Part shown: piece after piece, positions 21,063 to 31,567 of the stretch
Numbering within the stretch: position 1 is the stretch's first letter
Layout of the letters: every line of letters begins with the position of its first letter
NCBI GenBank assembly: GCA_965218975.1
Contig: OZ244717.1
Location: forward strand, 1,216,001 to 1,280,000
Reading direction: 5' to 3'
Source: Candidatus Oxydemutatoraceae bacterium
GTDB taxonomy: Bacteria; Pseudomonadota; Gammaproteobacteria; Poriferisulfidales; Oxydemutatoraceae
DNA: 64,000 nucleotides
Translations under genes and position numbers: made by a program
Notes under the pieces: model-generated
Seen by the model: only the letters and a program-made list of their open reading frames with translations
Database searches by the model: none
Told to the model about the DNA's origin: nothing

Positions 21063-22205
21063 ATGGAAAAATTTCTAATCAACATACGTTATCTGATAGC
21101 GCCGCTATTTATTCTGATTGCGATGTATGGTGTATTCATTGGCGGCCCGTGGACATGGACGGGTTTGTTTCTGCTCGGGTTAGGTATATTTTTGGATACC
21201 ATAGCGATGCAAAGAACTCAAGGTGCAGGTTACGATGAGACCGGAGACACATATGGAGTGGTGCCGTTTCATAATGCGATAATGTATGCGATGCTTGGGA
21301 TATTTGTATTATTGCAAATCAATCTGGCATGGCGCATCTATGAATATACCGCAGGTGTTCCTTTAGGAGTCGGTGAAATGTTCGGCATCACGGTTTATCA
21401 AGGGATAACCGGCACTCAATTAGTCGGTGCGGTCATTTCGTCGGCAATTTTTGCCGGCATCGGCATTATCTACGGTCATGAGTTAGCTCACACCAAAGGG
21501 TTTAGTTTTGTGATTGCCCGTTGGATGATGGCGTTGAGCGGTTCGTCGCATTTTTGCTATGCGCATGTGTATAACCATCATTTGGAACTAGGTTGTGAAG
21601 ACGACCCGGCGACGGCGCCGCGCGGCAGAAGTTTGTATATGCACTTTCCGAAATCCTATTTTGGTCAATCGAAGTTTTTGTATGGGATGGAAGAGCAACG
21701 TCTGTCACGTTTAGGCGTTCCGTTTTTGTCGTGGCAAAACCGCTGGTTGCGCGGTTATGCGATGAGTTTACCGAGCATATTTTTGTTTTGGTTGGTAGGC
21801 GGCTGGGTCGGTATGGCTTGTCTGGCGGTAGTATGGATTGTATCCAACTTTGAGTTGGAAGCATTGAACTACCTGGAGCACTACGGATTGATTCGCGAGA
21901 AAGGTCAGCCGATAGACTATCGTCACTCATGGGACAACACGACGATGTTGACGAGTTGGTTTTTTATTGAGATCGGCAGACAAGCGGATCATCATGATCG
22001 AGGCGAGACGCATTTTTGGGAATTAGACGAGGTAGGGGCTCCAAACACGAAACGAGGCTACTTCACCTTATTTGCGGTGGCGTTATTTCCGCTGTTATTC
22101 CATCGTCTGATGAAGCAAGAATTGGCGAAATGGGATGAAGAGGAAGCCTCAGAAGGCGAACGTGCGATTGCCGAAGCAATCAATAAACAAGCCGGTTATG
22201 CCTGA
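21063..22205 (+). CDS. AlkB/XylM-family membrane di-iron monooxygenase
   Basis: HELAH, HVYNHH, DPATA, NYLEHYG, HSW; the third His box reads RQADHH. Confidence 0.88.
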   Translation: MEKFLINIRYLIAPLFILIAMYGVFIGGPWTWTGLFLLGLGIFLDTIAMQRTQGAGYDETGDTYGVVPFHNAIMYAMLGIFVLLQINLAWRIYEYTAGVPLGVGEMFGITVYQGITGTQLVGAVISSAIFAGIGIIYGHELAHTKGFSFVIARWMMALSGSSHFCYAHVYNHHLELGCEDDPATAPRGRSLYMHFPKSYFGQSKFLYGMEEQRLSRLGVPFLSWQNRWLRGYAMSLPSIFLFWLVGGWVGMACLAVVWIVSNFELEALNYLEHYGLIREKGQPIDYRHSWDNTTMLTSWFFIEIGRQADHHDRGETHFWELDEVGAPNTKRGYFTLFAVALFPLLFHRLMKQELAKWDEEEASEGERAIAEAINKQAGYA

Positions 22206-22247
22206 TGGTAAATATAATGGTTAGATAGTAAACTAATATGGATAGAT

Positions 22248-22279
22248 GGGGGTTCAAATTTTATTGTGAACCCCCTTTT
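22248..22279 (+). terminator. Rho-independent terminator-like hairpin
   Basis: GGGGGTTCA-N10-TGAACCCCC followed by TTTT. Confidence 0.7.
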
Positions 22280-22307
22280 ATAGAACTAAACTAAGGTAAA
22301 AAGTAAA

Positions 22308-22487
22308 ATGAGGGTTCAATGGGATGAAACAATTTGTATTCACTCTGGGAAATGTGTCGAATTACTGCCGACTGTATTTAAAGTTGAAGACGGGAAATTC
22401 GTCATAGATGAAAGTGGTGCAAGTGAAGAAGCAGTCCGTAAAACTGTTGCTCTATGCCCTTCCGGTGCCTTGAGCATTGAAGAATGA
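22308..22487 (+). CDS. 59-aa divergent mono-cluster ferredoxin (YjdI/Fer4_19-like; not in ORF track)
   Basis: MRVQWDETICIHSGKCVELLPTVF...LCPSGALSIEE, with AAGG RBS. Confidence 0.85.
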   Translation: MRVQWDETICIHSGKCVELLPTVFKVEDGKFVIDESGASEEAVRKTVALCPSGALSIEE

Positions 22488-22602
22488 AATAATTTCTTCA
22501 GACGAAAGAAAATTGATCCCCATCGCCACTCGAGTGCGGGATTAGCTGTTGTGTGCGGCGTGCGAGAGTGTACTTATGCCTGAAAAATAGGGAGGAACAT
22601 CC

Positions 22603-23253
22603 ATGATAGGCGATAAACTAAGAACCAAGATGCATATTTACGGTAATGCTAATTGCATTAATACCGCAAAATGCCTGCAAACTGCCGCGGAGAAAGGAGT
22701 CAATATTGAAACAGAAGTTATTGACTCTAATAACCTTGATGCGGAGGCTATGAGAGTTTCGCCCTTGAAATTATTTCCTGCATTAAAAGATATCGATTTT
22801 ACTGTTGCCGGGACACTTGGAGTGATGTCCTATCTTGACGACAAAGGCTTCGGCATGTCTTTGGTGCCGAGGAATGGAGTATTGCGCGCGCATATGTATG
22901 GATGGATTATGCTGGCGTTAGAACATCAAGATAAGATCATGCAGGGTGATGTTGCCGGACTTGCGCCGGTTCTGGATGTGCTGGATCAATGGATTGCGAA
23001 TGCTCCTAAAAAGGGGCATTTTATCTGCGGCGAATTTTGTTTGGCGGATATTCATTGGTCTTCGTGCATGAACATGCTTGAGATCAAAGGTCACAGTGAA
23101 GAGATTAGTTCAAGATCAAACTTGAAGGTATGGTACGAGAGAGTGAAAGAACATCCAAGTACGAGCAAAGAAAAGATCATTCCGTTTATGGCTATTCCCA
23201 CTGCGGACGATATCCAAAATAATCAGTTAAGGGATATTTCTATTACCGTCTGA
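22603..23253 (+). CDS. Glutathione S-transferase family protein
   Basis: SPLKLFPAL.D, MSYLDD, ICGEFCLADI, W..RV..HPS; GGAGG RBS. Confidence 0.85.
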   Translation: MIGDKLRTKMHIYGNANCINTAKCLQTAAEKGVNIETEVIDSNNLDAEAMRVSPLKLFPALKDIDFTVAGTLGVMSYLDDKGFGMSLVPRNGVLRAHMYGWIMLALEHQDKIMQGDVAGLAPVLDVLDQWIANAPKKGHFICGEFCLADIHWSSCMNMLEIKGHSEEISSRSNLKVWYERVKEHPSTSKEKIIPFMAIPTADDIQNNQLRDISITV

Positions 23254-23371
23254 TAGCCAATCCGGCGGATTTGTCTGAGTTCTGCACTCCGGGAGGGGGG
23301 GCTTAAAGAGTATAATGCCAAGCGTTGCCTGGGCTTCCTTGGGTATGGTAATTAGCTTAGGGTACTGGAGA

Positions 23372-24439
23372 ATGTTTGGGTTTTTTAAGAAGAGAGATTG
23401 GCAGGCAAGGATTAATTCCGAAAAAGAAATTACAGTCAAAGCAAAGAGTAACCTGCTTGCTGCCGGTCTTGATGCGGGATTGGATTGGCCGCATGACTGC
23501 AGAGTAGGAAGTTGCGGAACCTGCCGGTGCCGTTTGAAAAGCGGAAAAATCAAAGCGTTACAAGATTTCGGCTATGTGCTTACTCCGGATGAATTGGCGG
23601 CAGGCATGATCCTTGCATGCCAGACCGCACTGAAAAGCGATGTTGAAGTAGAAGTTGAGCTGGGAGAAGGTGACAAAGCAAATATTGTCGAATTAAAAGG
23701 TGTTTTGTCCTCTATCAAAAAATTAACGCATGACATTGTTGAAATAACTGTTACTTGCGATGAACCATTACCGGAGAAAACATTGGCAGGCCAATATATG
23801 GAGATTTCCTATGAAGGTCTGAGTGCGCCGCGCAATTATTCTTTTGCTAGAGCGCCTAAGGAAGGGGATAAAGAAACAATTTTTTATGTTCGCCATGTGC
23901 CTGGCGGAGAGTTTACTGATTGGCTCTTTGGTGCCGACCGTTCGCAAACACCGGTGGTCATCGTTGGTCCTTATGGCAATTTTTGGTTACGCGATACAGA
24001 TATGCCGATGGTTTGTATTGCCGGAGGCAGTGGAATGAGTGCGTTAAAAGCGGTGTTGGAACATGCTTGCCGCATAAGAGTGGGACGGGATGCATTGTAT
24101 TTGTTTGGCGCACGCGAAGAAAGAGATTTGTATTGCTTGAAAGAAATTGAACAAATCGGCAGGCAATGGAATGAAAATCACCGTTTTGAATTTGTTCCGG
24201 TGTTGTCCGCAGAACTGGAGAATAGTGCATGGAGCGGCGCACGCGGTTATGTGACCGATTATCTTCAAGAGAATTATATTGCCTCAGGCAAATTAGATGT
24301 TAAGCAGTGCGAGGCATATATGTGCGGACCGCCACCGATGATAGATGCCAGTATTCAATTATTGACTGAAGCAGGGCTTTTAGAAAATATATTTTATGAT
24401 AAATTTTTGGATGCCAGTTCAATGCCCGGCGGACGTTAA
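23372..24439 (+). CDS. XylA-like 2Fe-2S ferredoxin:NAD(P)H reductase
   Basis: CRVGSCGTC...LACQ, RNYSFA, GPYG, IAGGSG, YMCGPPPM; GGAG RBS before MFGFF. Confidence 0.92.
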   Translation: MFGFFKKRDWQARINSEKEITVKAKSNLLAAGLDAGLDWPHDCRVGSCGTCRCRLKSGKIKALQDFGYVLTPDELAAGMILACQTALKSDVEVEVELGEGDKANIVELKGVLSSIKKLTHDIVEITVTCDEPLPEKTLAGQYMEISYEGLSAPRNYSFARAPKEGDKETIFYVRHVPGGEFTDWLFGADRSQTPVVIVGPYGNFWLRDTDMPMVCIAGGSGMSALKAVLEHACRIRVGRDALYLFGAREERDLYCLKEIEQIGRQWNENHRFEFVPVLSAELENSAWSGARGYVTDYLQENYIASGKLDVKQCEAYMCGPPPMIDASIQLLTEAGLLENIFYDKFLDASSMPGGR

Positions 24440-24475
24440 GCCTAACGTAACTTTATTGATTAATAGGAGAAAAAT

Positions 24476-24694
24476 ATGAGGTCATTTGTCGCGTTTCTTG
24501 CGATGGTAGCATGGTCTGCGGCAGTTGCCGCTATCATGTATCAGATCGGTTTTCAGAGCCATGTTCACGATTTATGGTGGAGCCTCGGTGCTACCCTCGT
24601 GTTGTTTATTGGTTTGATCGGTAATGTGTGGATTTTCTTTTTTATTGCTAAGGAAACTCCTTGGACTTGGTTTAAATCGGAAAATAAGCCGTAG
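24476..24694 (+). CDS. Small 2-TM membrane protein
   Basis: 72 aa, AGGAG RBS, two hydrophobic helices. Confidence 0.75.
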   Translation: MRSFVAFLAMVAWSAAVAAIMYQIGFQSHVHDLWWSLGATLVLFIGLIGNVWIFFFIAKETPWTWFKSENKP

Positions 24695-24747
24695 TTAACG
24701 CTACTTTTAAGCCGATGACGGTCCGCGTGCCGTGGATCGGCCATACG

Positions 24748-25395
24748 TTAGCTGCTTCCGATTTGTTTTTCTTGGTACTCCTGCAAAGTTTTACAGTCAA
24801 TACACATTGATGCTGTCGGACGTGCTTTGAGCCGTTCATAACCGATTTCCGCACCACAAAAATTACAGTACCCGTAATCCTTTTTATCTATATACTTTAA
24901 CGAACGGTCAATCTTTTTGATTAGCTTCCTGCCACGGTCGCGCGCCCTTAATTCAAGGCTGAATTCTTCTTCCTGTGTTGCTCGGTCCGTCGGATCGGCA
25001 AAGTTCATAGCGTCCGCTTTCATGTGATCCATTGTTCGATCAACTTCACGCATCAGTTCTTCTTTCCACTGCATTAAAAGAGAACGGAAATAATCCAACT
25101 GTTCGTTGTTCATGTACTGATTATTTTTAGATTTAATTTTTTTAATGGCGGTTTTTTTCGAATTTATCACCATTCGTGCGCCGGAACTTTTTTTTGCCGC
25201 GGTTTTTCGCTCCTTCGACTTCGTAGTTTCTTTGCGTGTGATTACTTTTTTTGCAGGTTTGATTTTTTTAACCGCGCGTTTCTTTACAGTTTTTTTAATA
25301 GCAACTTTTGTTCTCGTCGTATTCTTTACATCTTTCCTTTTAGATATCGTCCGCTTGCGAGCCGGATTCTTTCTTGTCTTCTTTTTAATTGCCAT
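24748..25395 (-). CDS. dksA: RNA polymerase-binding protein DksA with Lys-rich N-terminal extension
   Basis: YMN.EQL..F, DPTDRA.QEEE, CxxC..CxxC zinc finger. Confidence 0.95.
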   Translation of the reverse strand: MAIKKKTRKNPARKRTISKRKDVKNTTRTKVAIKKTVKKRAVKKIKPAKKVITRKETTKSKERKTAAKKSSGARMVINSKKTAIKKIKSKNNQYMNNEQLDYFRSLLMQWKEELMREVDRTMDHMKADAMNFADPTDRATQEEEFSLELRARDRGRKLIKKIDRSLKYIDKKDYGYCNFCGAEIGYERLKARPTASMCIDCKTLQEYQEKQIGSS

Positions 25396-25450
25396 GTTAG
25401 AGCTCCATATATAATGTGAAGTGCGTTTGTATCAATTTATCTCGTGAAAT

Positions 25451-26806
25451 TCAAGTGTTTTTTTTTCGCTCGGTAATATTTCGCACTATCGCCATAATCA
25501 TTCCTTTTTCAACCTGAACTCGAATGGAAGCGCCTGCGTTTATCTGACGCACAGTTCTGATGACCTTTCCATTATCATCGGTGGTGATGGAGTATCCTCG
25601 TTTGAGGGTGGCATAAGGGCTAATAGTGTCTAGTTTGATTTTTTTGCGCTCCAATATATGGACATATCGCATCAGTCGGTTGTGTATAGCAGTATGTAAG
25701 CGTCGGCTTTTTCTCTCGGTATCGAATTGAAGATTTTTGATATTCATCAAAGGAATACAGCACTCATATTTTTGTAATAGTTTGAGCAAGTTGATTTTTC
25801 GAGTATTACAATAATTACGCATTTCGGCAATTAGCTTCCCGGATACTTCGTCAAGACGTTGCATCCTGTGCAAGATTCGCGTCTGCGGATGAAATTGCGC
25901 AAACTGAGCTTTGTATAGCATCATTTTACTGTGATGCGTATGAAGCTGCCGGGTCATATTACGTGTCAGATGTCGTTGTAATGTACCGAATCGGTGCATT
26001 AAAAAGATGCCGTCGGGGTACACATGGACCGCCGCAGCTGTTGGGGTAGGTGTACGCAGATCTGCGGCAAAATCGGTGAGCGTGAAGTCAATATCATGAC
26101 CAATGCCGCTTACTGTCGGAATTTCGGAGTTCGCGATCGAGCGTACGACACGTTCGTCATTAAACACTTGCAAATCTTCAAAGCTTCCGCCGCCTCTTGC
26201 GACGATCAAGACGTCAACTTCTTTGCGCTGATTGATGATACGCAAAGTGTCACAGATAGTGGCGGTCGCGGCTTGTCCTTGCACCGGAGTTGCGTAAATG
26301 ATCGTTTTGCACGGACTAGAACGTTGATGATATATTTTCAAGATATCCGCTAATGCAGCGCTTTTTGCTGCAGTAATGACACCAACGCTTTTAGGAAAAG
26401 CGGGAATCGGGCGTTTGCGTTCGGAATCAAAAAGCCCCTCTTTTGCCAACCTTTTTTTGAGTGCCTCAAACTGCTTTTTCAAATCACCGGTGCCGGACAT
26501 TTCAAGCAAATCAATAATGATCTGGAATTCTCCACGTGCCGCATATAAATCGACTCGTGCGTGCACTAACACTAGCATTCCATTCGACAGATCAAAACTC
26601 AACATGCGGTTCTGGGAGCGGAACATCGCACAGCCGACTTGGGCTTGATCATCTTTGAGTGAAAAGTAGATATGGCCGGAGGGAGGCTTTGCCAAGTTGG
26701 AAACTTCGCCTTGAATCCATAACGGCTTGAAGCGATTGAGTAAAGTTTGTTTGACTTCTCGGTTCAGACGCGATACTGAGAATATATCTCGTTGTTCTGT
26801 TGACAT
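25451..26806 (-). CDS. xseA: Exodeoxyribonuclease VII large subunit
   Basis: SGHIYFSLKD, ARGGGS.EDL, TPTAAA, L.RGYSI. The ORF-track GTG start at 26827 lies in the IS target duplication, so the ATG at 26806 is preferred. Confidence 0.95.
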   Translation of the reverse strand: MSTEQRDIFSVSRLNREVKQTLLNRFKPLWIQGEVSNLAKPPSGHIYFSLKDDQAQVGCAMFRSQNRMLSFDLSNGMLVLVHARVDLYAARGEFQIIIDLLEMSGTGDLKKQFEALKKRLAKEGLFDSERKRPIPAFPKSVGVITAAKSAALADILKIYHQRSSPCKTIIYATPVQGQAATATICDTLRIINQRKEVDVLIVARGGGSFEDLQVFNDERVVRSIANSEIPTVSGIGHDIDFTLTDFAADLRTPTPTAAAVHVYPDGIFLMHRFGTLQRHLTRNMTRQLHTHHSKMMLYKAQFAQFHPQTRILHRMQRLDEVSGKLIAEMRNYCNTRKINLLKLLQKYECCIPLMNIKNLQFDTERKSRRLHTAIHNRLMRYVHILERKKIKLDTISPYATLKRGYSITTDDNGKVIRTVRQINAGASIRVQVEKGMIMAIVRNITERKKNT

Positions 26807-26830
26807 ACTATCTTTCTTAAGATTCACTTA

Positions 26831-27752
26831 TGTATAGTACCAGATACATATGGGACTCACGGCTTAACTCGAAAAGGTGGCCGATATGCAATATCAGCAC
26901 ATCGGCCACCGCATCAAAGGTTTCTATATGAGCCAATTTTGCTTCAAAAATAGAGGCTCATGAACACAACGGCTCAACAGAAACACGATGCCCTGTTATT
27001 TTGGGAGGATTGTAACCCCAAACGCATTTAAGGTCAGTCGCCGTACCTTGTATTGGTGGCGACAGACCTTGAGGGAAGCCGGACACAACGTAGCGGCAAA
27101 GCGCCGCGCAAGAGACGTCGGCGGACCTGGCCGCAACCCGGCAAAGTGCCTGTCGTCCATGACGAGACTTGGTTCTGTCAATGAGCGCCAGCCCCGACGT
27201 CCTTGTCGGGTCGTTCGCCGCTGAAAACCGATCGGTTTTCCGGGCGCGTCTCACCCTGACGAACGGCGGTAGAGTGTCCAAAAATGAACGCGCACATCGA
27301 GCGCTTCAACCGCACCGTCCAAGAAGATTGTATTGATCATGCGGACGACCTGCTATTCGCCGATACGGAAGCATTCAATGACCGGTTATGAAACCGTTTT
27401 GTGTTTGTTGCCGGATTGTGCCGGATTGTCGGCAAAGTGCCTGTCACCCATGACGAGACTTGGTTCTATCAACAAGCCCCAGCCCCGACGTCCTTGTCGG
27501 GTCGTTCACCGCTGAAAACCAATTGGTTTTCCGGGCGCGTCTCACCCATGATGAGACTTGGTTCTGTCAATGAGCGCCAGCCTCGACGTCCTTGTCGGGT
27601 CGTTCGTCGCTGAAAACCGATCGATTTTCCGGGCGCGTCTCACTCTGCACCGCCCTCATGCCGGCAACGGACAGAAAGCACCGATCCGAATGTTACTGCC
27701 GAACGCTTCCCCCGAAGCCCTTCAAAAATCCCATTTAGGGTGGCATCGTACA
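26831..27752 (+). mobile_element. 922-bp non-autonomous IS481-like element with 5-bp TSD and three R cassettes
   Basis: Ends TGTATAGTACCAG / TGGCATCGTACA; ACTTA at 26826-26830 and 27753-27757. Confidence 0.92.
27139..27647 (+). repeat. R cassettes: cores 27157-27258, 27448-27545, 27546-27647
   Basis: One single copy and one 98-nt-period tandem pair. Confidence 0.93.
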
Positions 27753-27811
27753 ACTTATGGCGGTTTGGTCCTATATTATGCTATACTGCCGTGACACACA
27801 GTTGAAAAATC

Positions 27812-29272
27812 ATGGAAAAACTGCGGGAAGCGCTCACTTTTGATGATGTCCTAATCGTCCCTGCCTATTCTGAAGTTTTGCCGGCGAATGTTGATCTAAA
27901 GACGAATTTTACCCGTGAAATTGCACTGAATGCACCACTAGCATCGTCCGCAATGGATACGGTGACTGAATTTAATCTTGCGATTGCGCTTGCTCAGGAA
28001 GGCGGTATCGGAGTGATTCATAAGAATATGCCGATAGAGGAACAAGCCGGGCAAGTGCGTCGCGTCAAGAAATATGAAAGCGGTGTTATAGCAGATCCGA
28101 TTACCGTTACCCCGAGCACATCTATCAAAGAAGTAATTAGTCTGACTAAAAAGCACAAGATATCCGGTGTGCCGGTGGTTGATAAGCAAGGATTGGTGGG
28201 GATTGTGACGCATCGTGATTTGCGGTTTGAAACGCGTTTTGACGAAAAAGTATCCGCGGTAATGACTCCGAAAGAGAGACTCGTCACAGTACAAGAAGGT
28301 GCGAGCAAAGACGAAGTGCAGTGGTTATTGCATCGACATCGCATTGAGAAGGTTTTGGTTGTCAATGATACGTTTGAGTTACGCGGCATGATCACGGTGA
28401 AAGACTTTCAGAAGTCTAGCGATTATCCTGATGCGAGTAAGGATACGTTGGGTCGCTTGCGTGTCGGAGCGGCCGTTGGGATTGGTGACAAAGAATTGGA
28501 GCGTATCTCTGCGTTAGTTGACAGCCAAGTTGATGTGGTAGTGATTGATACGGCGCACGGGCATTCAAAAGCAGTGATGGATATGATTCGGGTAACAAAA
28601 AAGCGCTATCCGGATTTGCAAGTGATAGCGGGCAATGTGGTTTCCGGTGAAGCGGCAATTGCGTTGGCAGAGTGTGGCGTTGATGCGATCAAAGTCGGTA
28701 TTGGCCCCGGTTCAATTTGTACGACACGTATCATTTCGGGTGTTGGTGTACCGCAAATTACCGCGATTAACCATGTTGCTAAAGCGCTGGATAAGATAGG
28801 TATTCCGATTATTGCGGACGGCGGCGTGCGTTTCTCCGGCGACATTGCCAAAGCGATCGCTGCAGGTGCGCATGTGGCAATGATCGGAAGTTTGTTTGCC
28901 GGAACCGCTGAAGCGCCCGGCGAAGTTGAACTTTATCAAGGGCGAGCATACAAGTCGTATCGTGGTATGGGAACATCCGCCGCAATGCAAAAAGGTGCGA
29001 ACGATCGCTATTTCCAACAAGGCGTCAACGAAGGGAAATTTGTTCCTGAAGGAATTGAGGGGCGTGTTCCGTACCGTGGCAGTGTGGTGGATGTGGTGTT
29101 TCAATTGCTTGGCGGTGTTCGGGCGAGCATGGGTTACACCGGCTGCAGAACGCTTGACGAGATGCGTGCCAAGTCGGTATTTATTCGAGTAACTCAAGCG
29201 GGGATGAAAGAAAGCCATGCGCATAATATTTCCATCACCAAAGAAGCGCCTAACTATCAAACTGATGATTGA
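27812..29272 (+). CDS. guaB: IMP dehydrogenase
   Basis: LTFDDVL, CBS pair, [10 protein letters not shown]. Confidence 0.98.
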   Translation: MEKLREALTFDDVLIVPAYSEVLPANVDLKTNFTREIALNAPLASSAMDTVTEFNLAIALAQEGGIGVIHKNMPIEEQAGQVRRVKKYESGVIADPITVTPSTSIKEVISLTKKHKISGVPVVDKQGLVGIVTHRDLRFETRFDEKVSAVMTPKERLVTVQEGASKDEVQWLLHRHRIEKVLVVNDTFELRGMITVKDFQKSSDYPDASKDTLGRLRVGAAVGIGDKELERISALVDSQVDVVVIDTAHGHSKAVMDMIRVTKKRYPDLQVIAGNVVSGEAAIALAECGVDAIKVGIGPGSICTTRIISGVGVPQITAINHVAKALDKIGIPIIADGGVRFSGDIAKAIAAGAHVAMIGSLFAGTAEAPGEVELYQGRAYKSYRGMGTSAAMQKGANDRYFQQGVNEGKFVPEGIEGRVPYRGSVVDVVFQLLGGVRASMGYTGCRTLDEMRAKSVFIRVTQAGMKESHAHNISITKEAPNYQTDD

Positions 29273-29275
29273 TAT

Positions 29276-30841
29276 ATGGCATTGAATGATCCGGTTTCTG
29301 CAGAAAAAGCTTTAATTGTAGATTTTGGTTCGCAATATACACAATTGATCGCACGTCGAGTGCGTGAGTTGAATGTTTATAGCGAGATTCATGCATGGCA
29401 GGATATCAATCGATATTTTCTAAACAATTTTTATCCTCGTTGCATCATTCTATCCGGCGGTCCCGAGTCAATCCTTGATGCTGCATCGCCGATAGCGCAC
29501 CCGGATATTTTTGCTTTTGGGGCCCCCGTGCTCGGGATTTGTTACGGTATGCAATTGATGGCATCGCAGTTGGGCGGCGATGTTGAAAAGTCCTTGAAGC
29601 GAGAGTTTGGGCGTACCGAAGTGCGCTTACTCAAAACTTGCCGTCTGTTTCAAGGATTGGGGGAATGCTTGGATGTTTGGATGTCGCACGGAGATAGAGT
29701 AGTAGTAGCCCCCGCAGGTTTTGAATCTGTAGCAGTGAGCGCAAACTCGGATATCAGTGTGATGGCGAATGAGCAACGCCGGTTATATGGTCTGCAATTT
29801 CATCCCGAGGTTACTCATACCCCCCAAGGGATGAAGATATTACATAATTTTGTTGTTGAAATTGCTGCATGCGGGCAACAATGGAAATCCGATCGTATTG
29901 CCGATGCTATGGTTGCTCGGATTCGTGAGCAAGTGGGTGCGGATGAAGGAGTCGTGTTGGGATTATCAGGCGGGGTTGATTCGTCGGTAGTGGCGATGCT
30001 CCTTCATCGCGCATTGGGAGATCGCTTGCATTGCATATTTATTGATACCGGTTTGTTGAGATTAGGCGAAGCCGAGCAGATTGTCGATACTTTTCAGCGT
30101 CAATTCGGTATTGACTTGATATTTATTTCTGCAAGCGAGAGATTTTTTCGCGCACTGCGCGGTATTGACGATCCGGAAAAGAAGCGTCTTACGATTGGAA
30201 ATCTATTTGTGGAGATTTTTGAGGAGCAAGCGAAGCATTTGAACAATATTCAATGGTTGGCGCAAGGGACAATTTATCCCGATGTGATTGAGTCTGCATC
30301 GGTAACGATCGGTGGTGCGCAGTTGATTAAATCGCATCATAATGTCGGCGGATTACCCGAATGTATGTATCTGCAGCTGCTTGAACCGCTGACAAGTTTA
30401 TTCAAAGATGAAGTTCGTTGTCTGGGACGAGTTTTAGGATTATCCGAAGAATTGCTGTTGCGTCATCCATTTCCGGGCCCGGGACTTGCCGTACGCGTCT
30501 TGGGTGAAGTCAGACCAGCTTATGTCGCAATTCTGAAACAAGCCGATGACATTTTTATTGGAGAATTAAAACGTCAGGGATTTTACGATAGAGTCGGGCA
30601 AGCATTTGCCGTGTTTTTGCCGGTCAAGTCCGTCGGTGTGATGGGAGATGGCCGCAATTACAATTATATTGTGGTGTTGCGTGCAGTTGAGACGACCGAC
30701 TTTATGACGGCGGCTCGTGCACGTTTTCCCGATCAATTTCTTGACTTTGTGGCCGGTCGCATTATCAACGAAGTTGAAGGTGTGTCGCGTGTTTGTTATG
30801 ACATCAGTAGTAAACCACCGGCTACTATTGAGTGGGAATAG
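29276..30841 (+). CDS. guaA: GMP synthase
   Basis: DFGSQYTQLI, GICYG, QFHPE, SGGVDS, KPPATIEWE. Confidence 0.98.
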   Translation: MALNDPVSAEKALIVDFGSQYTQLIARRVRELNVYSEIHAWQDINRYFLNNFYPRCIILSGGPESILDAASPIAHPDIFAFGAPVLGICYGMQLMASQLGGDVEKSLKREFGRTEVRLLKTCRLFQGLGECLDVWMSHGDRVVVAPAGFESVAVSANSDISVMANEQRRLYGLQFHPEVTHTPQGMKILHNFVVEIAACGQQWKSDRIADAMVARIREQVGADEGVVLGLSGGVDSSVVAMLLHRALGDRLHCIFIDTGLLRLGEAEQIVDTFQRQFGIDLIFISASERFFRALRGIDDPEKKRLTIGNLFVEIFEEQAKHLNNIQWLAQGTIYPDVIESASVTIGGAQLIKSHHNVGGLPECMYLQLLEPLTSLFKDEVRCLGRVLGLSEELLLRHPFPGPGLAVRVLGEVRPAYVAILKQADDIFIGELKRQGFYDRVGQAFAVFLPVKSVGVMGDGRNYNYIVVLRAVETTDFMTAARARFPDQFLDFVAGRIINEVEGVSRVCYDISSKPPATIEWE

Positions 30842-30845
30842 AGGC

Positions 30846-31313
30846 ATGCCGAATAATGCTTTTTTCATGCATTGTGCGCTTGAACAGGCGCAGCGCGCAT
30901 TGTTTGCGGGGGAAGTTCCTGTCGGTGCGGTTGCGGTAAAGGATAGGATGATTATCGCACGCAATTACAACGCGCCGATTATGTACCATGACCCGACAGC
31001 CCATGCGGAAATTCGTGTTTTACGTGAGGCGGCGCAACGTTTGGGAAACTATCGCCTAAATGACATTGATTTATATGTGACGCTTGAGCCTTGTGCAATG
31101 TGTTACGGTGCAATGATTCATGCACGGATCGCACGGCTTTTTTTCGGTGCGAATGACCCTAAAAGCGGCGTGCTTTGTGGCGCTACGTCATTGGTTGACA
31201 TGCCAATGTTTAATCATCATATTCAAGTAGTCGGCGGCATTTTATCCGACGAATGCGCGGCTGTGCTAAAGAGTTTTTTTAGCGCCAAGCGCAAACTAGG
31301 TTTGGTTGGATAG
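30846..31313 (+). CDS. tadA: tRNA adenosine deaminase
   Basis: GEVPVGA, HAE, TLEPCAMC. Confidence 0.95.
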   Translation: MPNNAFFMHCALEQAQRALFAGEVPVGAVAVKDRMIIARNYNAPIMYHDPTAHAEIRVLREAAQRLGNYRLNDIDLYVTLEPCAMCYGAMIHARIARLFFGANDPKSGVLCGATSLVDMPMFNHHIQVVGGILSDECAAVLKSFFSAKRKLGLVG

Positions 31314-31567
31314 ATGCAGGATAATACCGGCGTCAAACGGCAAGTTTGCTGTTGACCCGTAAGAACTACTTGCTAAATCTCATTTTTATATTACTAATGG
31401 TATATTTTACCACTTGCTTTTATATGAAGTCTTGTGTTTAATAGAATGCAAAACATTACCACTATACCTATTCTGCTATAGTCAGGACGAATTAATCTGC
31501 GCTCTTTGTGTTTGCGTCACGCGGATTAGGGAAAAAAGTTTACGATTACAAATGAACTAAATAATGA

